A stretch of DNA of 48,440 nucleotides from Candidatus Parcubacteria bacterium (lineage in GTDB: Bacteria; Patescibacteriota; Patescibacteriia; Magasanikbacterales; UBA922). This document shows, one piece after another, positions 17,027 to 25,016 of the stretch; position 1 is the stretch's first letter, and every line of letters starts with the position of its first letter. The translations under genes and the position numbers were made by a program. The stretch is taken from assembly GCA_002869205.1 (NCBI GenBank), contig PKTJ01000023.1, positions 1-48,440 on the forward strand, read 5' to 3'. Below the pieces are notes generated by a model that was given only the letters and a program-made list of their open reading frames with translations, had not been told where the DNA came from and ran no database searches.

Positions 17027-17127
17027 GATACGGATTTCCAGATACCCCTAGGGCATTCATCTACGGGAATAATCCAGATTTACGGATATTATATCCGTAA
17101 ATCTGGATTATCTGTATATCAGGATAG
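17027..17127 (-). repeat. family-A element (A3), inverted relative to A2
   Basis: The reverse complement aligns almost base-for-base with 12130-12231. It lies in the divergent gap between the clpB and thpR starts. Confidence 0.8.
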
Positions 17128-17240
17128 TAAAAAAGAAGTAAGTTATTTATCACTCTAATAACCCGAGTGATAATACTATAACATTCTGGTAATTTTTGTC
17201 AACATATGATAAAATTATACCATATTTAGCTAAAAAAAGT

Positions 17241-17798
17241 ATGAAACAGCGCATATTTATTGCCTTTCGTGTGGCTGAAGAAGTGAGAGAAGAGCTCAAG
17301 CGTGTTCAGGATGGTTTGAAGAGTAAGAATAAGAAAGCTCATGTCACGTGGTCCAAACCTCGTGGGTTTCATGTTACCGTGCAATTTATTGGAGAGATAG
17401 AGGAATATGAGGTCGAGCAGGTAAAGGACGCGCTTCTTCATATTGCAAATACACATCATGGTTTTAAATATTGGATTGATAGACTGGATGGATTTCCCAA
17501 TCCGGCTCATCCAAAAATTATTACGATGCGATGTGAAGAAGAAAATCGTGCTGGGTATGCAATCAACGAAGATTTTGTAAAAAAGTTAAAGGAATTAGAT
17601 CTTGTCCATGATGATAAGCCATGGAAACCACATATTACACTTGGGCGCAATCGTGGGGACGCAGGAATCCAAGGGTTTGATACGATTCAGTTTGAAAAAA
17701 AGGTATGGTATGTGGACACGATTGAGCTTATACGAAGTGATTCACAAGATGGTGGTGCCAAATATACGATACTAGAAAGTTATGAATTGAGTTCTTAA
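17241..17798 (+). CDS. thpR: RNA 2',3'-cyclic phosphodiesterase / 2'-5' RNA ligase family (ThpR/LigT)
   Basis: Two H-x-T-x motifs (FHVTVQF, PHITLGR). The start was moved from the TTG at 17196 to the ATG at 17241, and a TGaTAAAAT extended -10 lies in between. Confidence 0.75.
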   Translation: MKQRIFIAFRVAEEVREELKRVQDGLKSKNKKAHVTWSKPRGFHVTVQFIGEIEEYEVEQVKDALLHIANTHHGFKYWIDRLDGFPNPAHPKIITMRCEEENRAGYAINEDFVKKLKELDLVHDDKPWKPHITLGRNRGDAGIQGFDTIQFEKKVWYVDTIELIRSDSQDGGAKYTILESYELSS

Positions 17799-17878
17799 AG
17801 TTCATAAAGTTATAAAGTTTAAAATAATTTGACCAATAGGTTGCTTTATAAACTTTGTAACTTTCAAACTTTATGAAC
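17797..17878. repeat. family-D 8-nt-periodic AAAGTT/AACTTT inverted arms
   Basis: The left arm AAAGTTCATAAAGTTATAAAGTTT and right arm CTTTATAAACTTTGTAACTTTCAAACTTTATGAAC span from the thpR stop to the first codons of the next gene. Confidence 0.6.
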
Positions 17879-18628
17879 CTACTCGGAGTTACATTAGATA
17901 ATTTCTCAAAGAAAGAGGTGTTGAAAAAAATCTCTACTTTTTTGGATTCAGATGGGCAATACAAGATTTTTACTCCCAATCCTGAAATGCTGGTAGATGT
18001 CCAAAAGGATTTTTATTTTAGAGAAGTATTGAATGAGGGAGACCTCAATATTGCCGATGGCTTTGGATTGAGCCTTGTCTCCTTTGGGAAAATTTCTCGG
18101 TTTCCTGGTGTGGATTTGATGAAAGAAATGCTTAGTATGGCTGAACAAAAAAAGCGTTCAGTATATTTTCTTGGGAGTGGCCGTGAAGAAATAATTAAAA
18201 ATTTAAAATCAAAAATTAAAAATCAGTTTCCTGACCTTACTATTATTGGGGCTCACCCTGGGTATGAAGTAGACACACTGAAAGTCGATGGTAAGGTAGA
18301 ACTTAGATTAGACAAAGAAAAAAACAATGAACTCATAGCAGATATCGCTATGCAGGCACCAGATATTTTGTTTGTCGCATTTGGGCACGGAAAACAAGAA
18401 AAGTGGATCCATGAATATTTAAGAGATTTACCAAGTGTAAAGATTGCTATGGGTGTTGGAGGATCGTTTGATTTTCTTTCAGAAAATAAAAAACGCGCTC
18501 CAAAGTGGATGCGTTATGTAGGACTTGAATGGTTGCATCGATTGATGAGAGAACCTCACCGTTTTAAGAGAATTTGGAAAGCTACGGCTGTGTTTTTAGG
18601 ACTTGTGTTATTCAAAAGAAGTTCTTAG
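17873..18628 (+). CDS. WecB/TagA/CpsF-family glycosyltransferase
   Basis: Family-typical segments FTPNPEM, ADGFGL, FLGS, AFGHGKQEKWI, MGVGGSFDF and RAPKWMRYVGLEWLHRL. Confidence 0.8.
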   Translation: MNLLGVTLDNFSKKEVLKKISTFLDSDGQYKIFTPNPEMLVDVQKDFYFREVLNEGDLNIADGFGLSLVSFGKISRFPGVDLMKEMLSMAEQKKRSVYFLGSGREEIIKNLKSKIKNQFPDLTIIGAHPGYEVDTLKVDGKVELRLDKEKNNELIADIAMQAPDILFVAFGHGKQEKWIHEYLRDLPSVKIAMGVGGSFDFLSENKKRAPKWMRYVGLEWLHRLMREPHRFKRIWKATAVFLGLVLFKRSS

Positions 18629-18661
18629 ACAAGTGAAGGCCCCGTCCTTTCCCGCCGGGGC

Positions 18662-18865
18662 TCATGGATCTTTTCGCGAACCAACGTCGATCTTGGTGAT
18701 AGAGCAGAGGAGTGCGTTCCAATTGGCGCCTCGGAGGCGCGGCCCGTCAATTCTAATATTGCTCGGATGAGCAGACACGGAAATACCGGGCGCTGTGATA
18801 TGGACACATTCTCCTGTCGATCGCGCTTGATCGAGTTTTCTCCTGATCTCGGCAAGTGAGACCAT
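18662..18865 (-). CDS. orphan high-GC small protein (67 aa)
   Basis: The start was moved to the Met at 18865 because a consensus promoter lies inside the longer ORF. A GAGGGG SD-like site sits 6 nt upstream and a GC-rich hairpin follows the stop. No family recognised. The alternative frame 18625..18855 cannot be fully excluded. Confidence 0.35.
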   Translation of the reverse strand: MVSLAEIRRKLDQARSTGECVHITAPGISVSAHPSNIRIDGPRLRGANWNALLCSITKIDVGSRKDP

Positions 18866-18895
18866 TCCTAACCCCTCTCCGTATAGGAAGATCCT

Positions 18896-18924
18896 ATTAT
18901 ATAGATTATTATATATATCGTCAA
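18896..18924 (-). promoter_or_regulatory. consensus sigma70-type promoter for the island-4 ORF
   Basis: On the minus strand, TTGACG (18924-18919), an exact 17-nt spacer, then TATAAT (18901-18896). It is divergent from the trmH-like gene. Confidence 0.6.
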
Positions 18925-18928
18925 ACAT

Positions 18929-19693
18929 ATGTTACAAAAGAAAATAGCAAAACATCTTAAACAGCTTGGGCAAAAAAAGTTTCGCAAAGAATTCGAAGAG
19001 TTTGTCGTAGAAGGAATAAAAGGTGTGGGAGAAGCACTCAAGTCTGATGCAGAGGTGGTATTACTTGTGGTAGAAGGAAATAGGAGAGACGAAGATGAGA
19101 TTGCAAAACTTATTGTATTGGCGCAGCAAGATAATATTCCGGTAGAGTTTTGTGGACGAAAAGATGTGGATGAAATTAAGACAACGGATACGTTTCCTGG
19201 TGTGTTGGCTGTTGTAGGTCAAGAAGAAAATGATTTGGAAGATATTGTGGATGCTCCGATCATTTGTTTACATGAAGTAAAAGATCCGGGAAATCTGGGA
19301 ACAATTATAAGAACTGCAGATTGGTTTGGTATAAAAAATATTTTACTCAGTGAAGAGTGTGTAGATGTGTACAATCCAAAAGTGTTCAGAAGTACGATGG
19401 GTTCTCTATTTCACACAACTATTTTTCGTTCCGGAAACATTTCAAAGACGCTTGAAAGACTAAAAGAAGAATTTGACTATGAAGTGAATGCTCTTGATAT
19501 GGATGGTAATGATGTTAGTAAATTAAAATCAAAAAATAATGCAGTATATCTATTTGGAAGTGAATCTCACGGTGTTTCAGACACCCTTGAAGAGCTCATA
19601 GATAATCGCTATACTATATCTGGTAAAGGAGACGCAGAATCACTTAATTTGGCTATTTCTGCAGGGATTGTTCTTTATAAACTGTCATCCTGA
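18929..19693 (+). CDS. TrmH/SpoU-family RNA 2'-O-methyltransferase
   Basis: SpoU motifs DPGNLGTIIRTADWFG, LFGSESHGVS and SLNLAISAGIVLY. The last codons and the stop lie inside the left repeat of the GIY-YIG element. Confidence 0.8.
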   Translation: MLQKKIAKHLKQLGQKKFRKEFEEFVVEGIKGVGEALKSDAEVVLLVVEGNRRDEDEIAKLIVLAQQDNIPVEFCGRKDVDEIKTTDTFPGVLAVVGQEENDLEDIVDAPIICLHEVKDPGNLGTIIRTADWFGIKNILLSEECVDVYNPKVFRSTMGSLFHTTIFRSGNISKTLERLKEEFDYEVNALDMDGNDVSKLKSKNNAVYLFGSESHGVSDTLEELIDNRYTISGKGDAESLNLAISAGIVLYKLSS

Positions 19694-20136
19694 CCCTGAG
19701 CGACCAGAGGGAGTCGAATGGGGAAGGATCTCTCTTAAAAGGTGTGGGGCTAACACACCAAAATATGGTTAGACAACATAACTACTATGTATACATAATG
19801 GCAAGCGTCAGTAAAGTATTATATGTAGGCGTTACAAATGACTTAGTACGTAGAGCGATGCAACATAAATCTGGATTATTTGAAGGATTTACTAAAAAAT
19901 ATAATTGTAAACGATTAGTATATTACGAACATTTTACAGACATAAGAAAAGCTATAAAAAGAGAAAAAGAATTAAAAGGTTGGAAACGGTATAAAAAAGT
20001 TGAGCTTATTGAAGAAATTAATGTTGAATGGTCTGATCATTATCAGACCATAATAACGTTCTCTAGAATAAAACCAAGATAAATTATTTAAACATGAACG
20101 AGGTAAGAGAGATTCTTCACTGCGTTCAGAATGACA
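19683..20136 (+). mobile_element. GIY-YIG element with terminal inverted hairpin repeats (apparently intact copy)
   Basis: The outer termini are TGTCATCCTGA (19683-) and TTCAGAATGACA (-20136), whose reverse complement is TGTCATTCTGAA. The inner ends are AGAGATCC / GAGAGATTC. It encloses one 105-aa GIY-YIG ORF. Confidence 0.6.
19765..20082 (+). CDS. GIY-YIG nuclease family protein (COG2827/UPF0213-like)
   Basis: YYVYIMAS..LYVGVTNDLVRRAMQHK..LVYYEHF..AIKREKELKGW matches the GIY-(x10)-YVG and R/E core. The start was moved to the ATG at 19765. Confidence 0.8.
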   Translation: MVRQHNYYVYIMASVSKVLYVGVTNDLVRRAMQHKSGLFEGFTKKYNCKRLVYYEHFTDIRKAIKREKELKGWKRYKKVELIEEINVEWSDHYQTIITFSRIKPR

Positions 20137-20141
20137 GGATT

Positions 20142-21605
20142 ATGATAAAAACTAGATTTGCACCATCACCAACAGGATTTCTCCACGTAGGAGGATTGCG
20201 AAGTGCGCTTTATGCTTATTTATTTGCCAAGAAAAATGGCGGAACTTTTTTGCTTCGCATAGAAGATACTGATCGTGAAAGATTTGTAGAAGGTGCCGTA
20301 GAAAATATGGTAAGTGCGCTGCATTGGGCTGGGATTGCGATTGATGAGGGTGTGGATATGGATGAAGGCGACAAAGTGTTTCAAAAGGGTGATAATGGTC
20401 CGTATATGCAATCAGAACGTCTTGAAATTTATAAAAAGTATGTTGATCAACTTGTAGACCAGGGCGATGCGTATTATTGTTTTTGTAGTAAAGAACGTCT
20501 CACAGAAGTCCGTGAATACCAACAACTGAATAAATTGCCAACAGGGTATGATGGTCATTGTCGTGATCTAGATCTTTCAGAGGCAAAAAAACGCGTTGAA
20601 GCGGGAGAAGGTTGTATTGTGCGCATGAAAATGCCAAAGGAAGGAGTAACTACAATTGAAGATATGGTTCGTGGTAAGGTTGAATTTCAAAACAAACTTA
20701 TTGATGATCAAGTAATTCTGAAGGCTGATGGATTTCCAACATATCATATGGCAGTAGTTGTAGATGATCATGAAATGGGAATTACGCATGTAATCCGTGG
20801 AGAGGAGTGGCTTCCGTCAACACCAAAGCATGTTGCGCTTTATAATATGCTTGGATGGGAATTGCCGCAGTTTGCTCATCTGTCCATGTTGGTGAATGAA
20901 CAAAAACAAAAATTGAGCAAACGTCACGGAGATGTGTCAGTAGAAGATTTCAAAGAAAAAGGATATCTACCAGAAGCAATGGTAAATTTTATTGCATTTC
21001 TTGGTTGGAATCCAGGCGGTGATCGAGAATTATTTACCTTGTCGGAACTTGAAAAAGAATTTGATTTTGCAAAAGTTCACAAACCAGCTGCGGTTTTTAA
21101 TCGTGAAAAATTGGACTGGTATAATAAACATTATATTGCGAACTTGGATACAACAGAGCTTGTGGAAAGATGTAAGTCTTTTTTTACAAACCAAGGATTG
21201 GAATATGAGGCATGGAACATGGAACAGATTGTGAAGCTGGAGCAGGGGAGAGCAAATACATTACTTGAGCTTGTGGACAATGTAAGTTTTGTATTTGCAG
21301 AAAATTTAGAATATGATCCAGAATTAATTGTTTGGAAAAAATCTACACGTGAAGATGCAAAAGAAAAATTAACTCTTCTTTCAGAATTTTTAGAAAGCCT
21401 AGAAGGGGAGTGGTCTACAGGATTGCTTGAAGAAAAGGTTTTGCCTTGGATAAAGGACCAAGGATTTGGTAATGGTGATGTGTTATGGCCTACGCGTGTT
21501 GCACTTAGCGGTCAGAAGAATTCTTCTGGTCCATTTGAAATTGCAGGAGTGCTTGGACAAGAAAAAACACTATCTCGAATTAAAAAAGCTATCGAACTTC
21601 TTTAG
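20142..21605 (+). CDS. gltX: glutamyl-tRNA synthetase
   Basis: RFAPSPTGFLHVGG (HIGH-type) and KLSKRH (KMSKS-type). The start was moved to the Met at 20142 because the longer ORF reads through the family-B repeat. Confidence 0.9.
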   Translation: MIKTRFAPSPTGFLHVGGLRSALYAYLFAKKNGGTFLLRIEDTDRERFVEGAVENMVSALHWAGIAIDEGVDMDEGDKVFQKGDNGPYMQSERLEIYKKYVDQLVDQGDAYYCFCSKERLTEVREYQQLNKLPTGYDGHCRDLDLSEAKKRVEAGEGCIVRMKMPKEGVTTIEDMVRGKVEFQNKLIDDQVILKADGFPTYHMAVVVDDHEMGITHVIRGEEWLPSTPKHVALYNMLGWELPQFAHLSMLVNEQKQKLSKRHGDVSVEDFKEKGYLPEAMVNFIAFLGWNPGGDRELFTLSELEKEFDFAKVHKPAAVFNREKLDWYNKHYIANLDTTELVERCKSFFTNQGLEYEAWNMEQIVKLEQGRANTLLELVDNVSFVFAENLEYDPELIVWKKSTREDAKEKLTLLSEFLESLEGEWSTGLLEEKVLPWIKDQGFGNGDVLWPTRVALSGQKNSSGPFEIAGVLGQEKTLSRIKKAIELL

Positions 21606-21624
21606 CTTGTGGTATACTAAAACC

Positions 21625-22866
21625 ATGAAAAAGAAGATTTACCTCCTTACTATCTTATGTATTTCAATGGGATTGTTCACACAACCCTTTTTTGGGTTTG
21701 CTGAGGACCAGGGTGGGAATAAAGAAGAAATAGATGTCTTGAATAATAAAATTTCTGAAAAAAGAGAAAAAATAAAACAACTTGAAGAGAGTATAAACCA
21801 GTATAAGAAGAAAATAGAGGTTAAACGTGGTGAAGCTGTGTCTCTTTCAAATCAACTTGCAATACTTGATAATTATTTGGCTCAAATTGAACTTGATATT
21901 GAGATGACAGAAGAAAAGCTAGAAACACTCACTCTGGAGATCGAAGGATTGTCACTTTCTATTGAAGAAAAAGAAGGGGTAATCGATCGTCAGGCTGAGA
22001 TATTGGCAGAACTTATCCGGGTTATTTATTATGAAAATAATAAGAAGTATATAGAAGTGGTGGCAGCGTATGATAGTTTTTCTGATTTTTATAATCGTGT
22101 TCACTATGTGAAAAGTTTGGAACGCGATCTGGGTAAGAGTGCGAAGACAGTTCGACTTGCCAAAGAAGAATTGGAAAGAAAAAAAACACAAACAGAGGAG
22201 CGTCAAAAAAGTTATGAAGACTTGAAGGAAAAGCTCGATAATCGCAAGGAAGATTACGGAGAACAGGCTGATTACAAAGAAAATCTACTTTTCCAAACCC
22301 ATTCATCAGAAATGCAATACAAAACACTTCTTGCAAACTTGCGTGGACAGTATAGTGCTATAGAAAATGAAATTACGAGTATTGAGCAAGAGGTTCGTCG
22401 TAAATTGGCAGATCAAGATAAATTTTCTGGAGTGGTGGATACCACACAGCTTTCCTGGCCTTCTCAAAGTAGATATGTGACTGCATACTTTTATGACAAG
22501 AACTATCCATATAAACATATTTTTGAACACAATGCGATAGATATTCGTGCAGCACACGGAACACCTATCAAAGCTGCGGCGTCAGGATATATTGCACGTG
22601 CACGTACCTGTTCTACGGCAAGTTGTTATGCATATGTTATGATTGTTCATTCAGGTGGACTATCTACCGTATATGGTCATTTGAGCCAGATACATGTGAG
22701 TGCAGATCAGTTTGTGACACGCGGAGATGTTATTGGTTATTCTGGTGGAACTCCTGGAACAGTTGGAGCTGGTCCATTTACGACCGGCCCTCATCTTCAC
22801 TTCGAGGTGCGTAAGAATGGTATTCCAGTTAATCCACTTAGTTATTTAGTTAGAGATTGGGAATAG
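21625..22866 (+). CDS. M23 peptidase with N-terminal coiled-coil (EnvC-like)
   Basis: A signal/TM segment at the Met at 21625 and a long coiled coil, then HNAIDIRA, GYSGGTPG and GPHLHFEV. The longer ORF would overlap gltX. Confidence 0.85.
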   Translation: MKKKIYLLTILCISMGLFTQPFFGFAEDQGGNKEEIDVLNNKISEKREKIKQLEESINQYKKKIEVKRGEAVSLSNQLAILDNYLAQIELDIEMTEEKLETLTLEIEGLSLSIEEKEGVIDRQAEILAELIRVIYYENNKKYIEVVAAYDSFSDFYNRVHYVKSLERDLGKSAKTVRLAKEELERKKTQTEERQKSYEDLKEKLDNRKEDYGEQADYKENLLFQTHSSEMQYKTLLANLRGQYSAIENEITSIEQEVRRKLADQDKFSGVVDTTQLSWPSQSRYVTAYFYDKNYPYKHIFEHNAIDIRAAHGTPIKAAASGYIARARTCSTASCYAYVMIVHSGGLSTVYGHLSQIHVSADQFVTRGDVIGYSGGTPGTVGAGPFTTGPHLHFEVRKNGIPVNPLSYLVRDWE

Positions 22867-22868
22867 AT

Positions 22869-23384
22869 ATGAAACATTTTTCGAACAACATAATTTTTTT
22901 CGACACTGAATTTACTCACCTTGATATTAACAAAGGTGAGCTTTTGTCTATTGGTCTTGTTAAACAGAGTGGGGAAGAGCTCTACCTCGAGCTTGAGTAT
23001 GAAGGAAAAGAAATTCATCCATGGGTAGAAGATCACGTGTTGCCATTTTTGACCGGAGAACAAATGAAAAAAGAAGATGTGCGGATGAAGCTCTGGGAGT
23101 TTATTGGGGATGACAAACCGTATCTCATGGCATATGTAAATCAGTTTGATGCGATGTATTGGTACAGACTTTTTGCTGACCCAAAGGATCATCCAGCATT
23201 TTGGATTCCTATTGATTTCGCATCAATATTATTTGGTCAGGGCCGTGACCCAGAGGAGATGAGAAAGGATAGCTTTTTTGAGGAGCTCGGGATTGATAGA
23301 TCAAAATATAAACATCACAACGCACTTGAAGACGCAAAGATGCTCAGAGATGTGTACAATGAATTTATAAAGATGACGAAATAG
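22869..23384 (+). CDS. DEDDh-type 3'-5' exonuclease-like protein
   Basis: FFDTEFT (Exo I), NQFDAMYW (Exo II) and HHNALEDA (Exo III, H-type). Confidence 0.6.
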   Translation: MKHFSNNIIFFDTEFTHLDINKGELLSIGLVKQSGEELYLELEYEGKEIHPWVEDHVLPFLTGEQMKKEDVRMKLWEFIGDDKPYLMAYVNQFDAMYWYRLFADPKDHPAFWIPIDFASILFGQGRDPEEMRKDSFFEELGIDRSKYKHHNALEDAKMLRDVYNEFIKMTK

Positions 23385-23387
23385 CTT

Positions 23388-23401
23388 GTGTCGCACAATA
23401 T
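23388..23401 (+). repeat. GTGTCGCACAATAT box (copy 1), contains the palindrome TTGTG-N3-CACAA
   Basis: Its exact reverse complement occurs at 23932-23945 and a direct variant at 23719-23730. Confidence 0.7.
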
Positions 23402-23630
23402 TAGGACAGGGGATTGAGATGAGGAGAGGAGGGGTAATTGAAGTGTCAATTTTAGTGATAAGATATTACAATACATTTTTAAATTTAAAATTAAAAGTTT
23501 GGAATTGTCATGTATTTACTGAAAATATAATTTGAATTTAAAAATATAAAAATTTCAATATTCATATCGTAAATTGTCAAAATTAATGATATAGATTGAG
23601 AAGGTAGTGATAAAGATACTAAAAAATAAC

Positions 23631-23654
23631 AACCAGCATAGTGCTGGTTTTTTC
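23631..23654. terminator. bidirectional intrinsic terminator inside the gene-free gap
   Basis: AACCAGCA-TAG-TGCTGGTT with T6 downstream and an A-run upstream. Confidence 0.6.
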
Positions 23655-23718
23655 GTAGCGAATTTCTTATAAAAAAGATGGTATAGTATACCCCCTAGTT
23701 TTGAACGGCTATTTTGTA

Positions 23719-23730
23719 GTGTCGCAAAAT
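23719..23730 (+). repeat. GTGTCGCAAAAT box (copy 2, direct)
   Basis: Like copy 1, it is followed ~10 nt later by a purine-rich GGGGAGGAG tract. Confidence 0.55.
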
Positions 23731-23752
23731 GTGTAGATAGGGGAGGAGAATC

Positions 23753-23827
23753 ATGAAAAGAGAGATAGTAATATATATACATATTTGTGTTAAAACTAGT
23801 GAGTATGTAAGAGGATATTATATATAA
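23753..23827 (+). CDS. candidate micro-ORF (24 aa, MKREIVIYIHICVKTSEYVRGYYI)
   Basis: A GGAGGAG SD lies 6 nt upstream and a TGgTATAGT extended -10 at ~23679-23687. It is below the ORF-track size cutoff and is purely predicted. Confidence 0.15.
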   Translation: MKREIVIYIHICVKTSEYVRGYYI

Positions 23828-23931
23828 TATATTTTAAAAATGTTTTTCAAAATAAAAAAATCTATATGGTTAATAGAATTATAGATTTATTAGATAATAG
23901 ATAGAATGCTCTCTATAGTGTCGTATAAGAT

Positions 23932-23945
23932 ATATTGTGCGACAC
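23932..23945 (-). repeat. GTGTCGCACAATAT box (copy 3, inverted)
   Basis: ATATTGTGCGACAC is the exact reverse complement of 23388-23401. Confidence 0.7.
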
Positions 23946-23982
23946 TTCTACTCTCTTATAATATCACCCTTATTACTCTTCC

Positions 23983-25008
23983 CTATTGAAAATAGACTCT
24001 TCCTTCATAACGCAAGTCTACATAGTTTACGTGTGGACGTGTAACTTTTTCATTCAAAATTGTTTTGAGCTTTTCAATTTGAGAAGTGGGGTTGTTTGCA
24101 ACATGCGTCTTTATAACCCATCCTTCATAGGTTGCCACTACCAAGTCCCCTACTTCTCCGTCTATCACAAAATATTTGAGTGGTATGTCTGTTGTCTTGG
24201 TCAAAATATTAAACCATTCTATGATTGATTGAACCTCTTCATTGTTTAAGACCTGTTCGTTGATATCAACACTTTTTTCTCGTGTATCATATACGATTGG
24301 ATAATCACCAAGTTCATGAATAAGTGACTTGGTGTCAGGGACGTGTCTTCTTTCAATAATTTCCTCGTGAGTTTCTGTTTCACCTTGTTCGTTGGTGCTT
24401 GTGGTGGTTTCAGTTTTTACCTGCCACTCATACTCCCCTACATTCCTCATTTTTTCTACGACATTACCCTCAAGTCCGATATAACTATATTCTTTTCCAT
24501 TATCATAAATAAGTGTAGAAATTTTTTCTTCTATAATTACTGAAAGTTTATTTGGAAATGTTTTTTGTACAATGACTGAACGTATCGGAAAGCGTTCTTT
24601 TAATATATCACGTATTTCATCTATATCTGTAAGAAAATAACTTTTTCGTGGAAATATATTAAATGTTTTGTATGAAGATATGCCGTCTAGTGTGCTTCTT
24701 ATTTCAGTCTCACTTATTCTTTGTAGTCCTGTGATAGATATATCAGTCATGTGGAAAAAAGAACTGTATATACATGTTACAAATATAATAATAGTGCTTA
24801 TAACAAGTATGCTTATTTTGATAATAAAGCTCCAGTCACGATTCTTTTTTCTCGTACAATATGGATTTGTGGCTCGTCCTTGCCATGAAAAATCTTTTTT
24901 TCTTTTCTTTTTTGATCCAAAAATATCTGACAAAAAACTATGAGAACGTTTGAATTTGCGTCCCACTTGTTTTTTTATCTTATGATGATTGACGATTCTC
25001 CTTCTCAT
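23983..25008 (-). CDS. FtsQ-like cell-division protein (POTRA domain)
   Basis: A basic N-terminus and a single TM helix, then a POTRA-like ITGLQRISETEIRSTL. The position is at the end of a murF-containing operon. Confidence 0.65.
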   Translation of the reverse strand: MRRRIVNHHKIKKQVGRKFKRSHSFLSDIFGSKKKRKKDFSWQGRATNPYCTRKKNRDWSFIIKISILVISTIIIFVTCIYSSFFHMTDISITGLQRISETEIRSTLDGISSYKTFNIFPRKSYFLTDIDEIRDILKERFPIRSVIVQKTFPNKLSVIIEEKISTLIYDNGKEYSYIGLEGNVVEKMRNVGEYEWQVKTETTTSTNEQGETETHEEIIERRHVPDTKSLIHELGDYPIVYDTREKSVDINEQVLNNEEVQSIIEWFNILTKTTDIPLKYFVIDGEVGDLVVATYEGWVIKTHVANNPTSQIEKLKTILNEKVTRPHVNYVDLRYEGRVYFQ

Positions 25009-25016
25009 GTGTCTTA

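Noticed and set aside
12130-17127. Composite transposon bounded by inverted family-A copies
   Set aside because: There is no transposase or integrase, and the enclosed genes are core functions (nifU, ferredoxins, clpB). It is kept only as a possible inversion substrate.
23555-23782. 75-aa minus-strand ORF in the AT-rich gap
   Set aside because: It runs straight through a strong bidirectional terminator hairpin. It has no SD and a low-complexity Tyr/Phe/Ile-rich translation typical of AT-rich noise.
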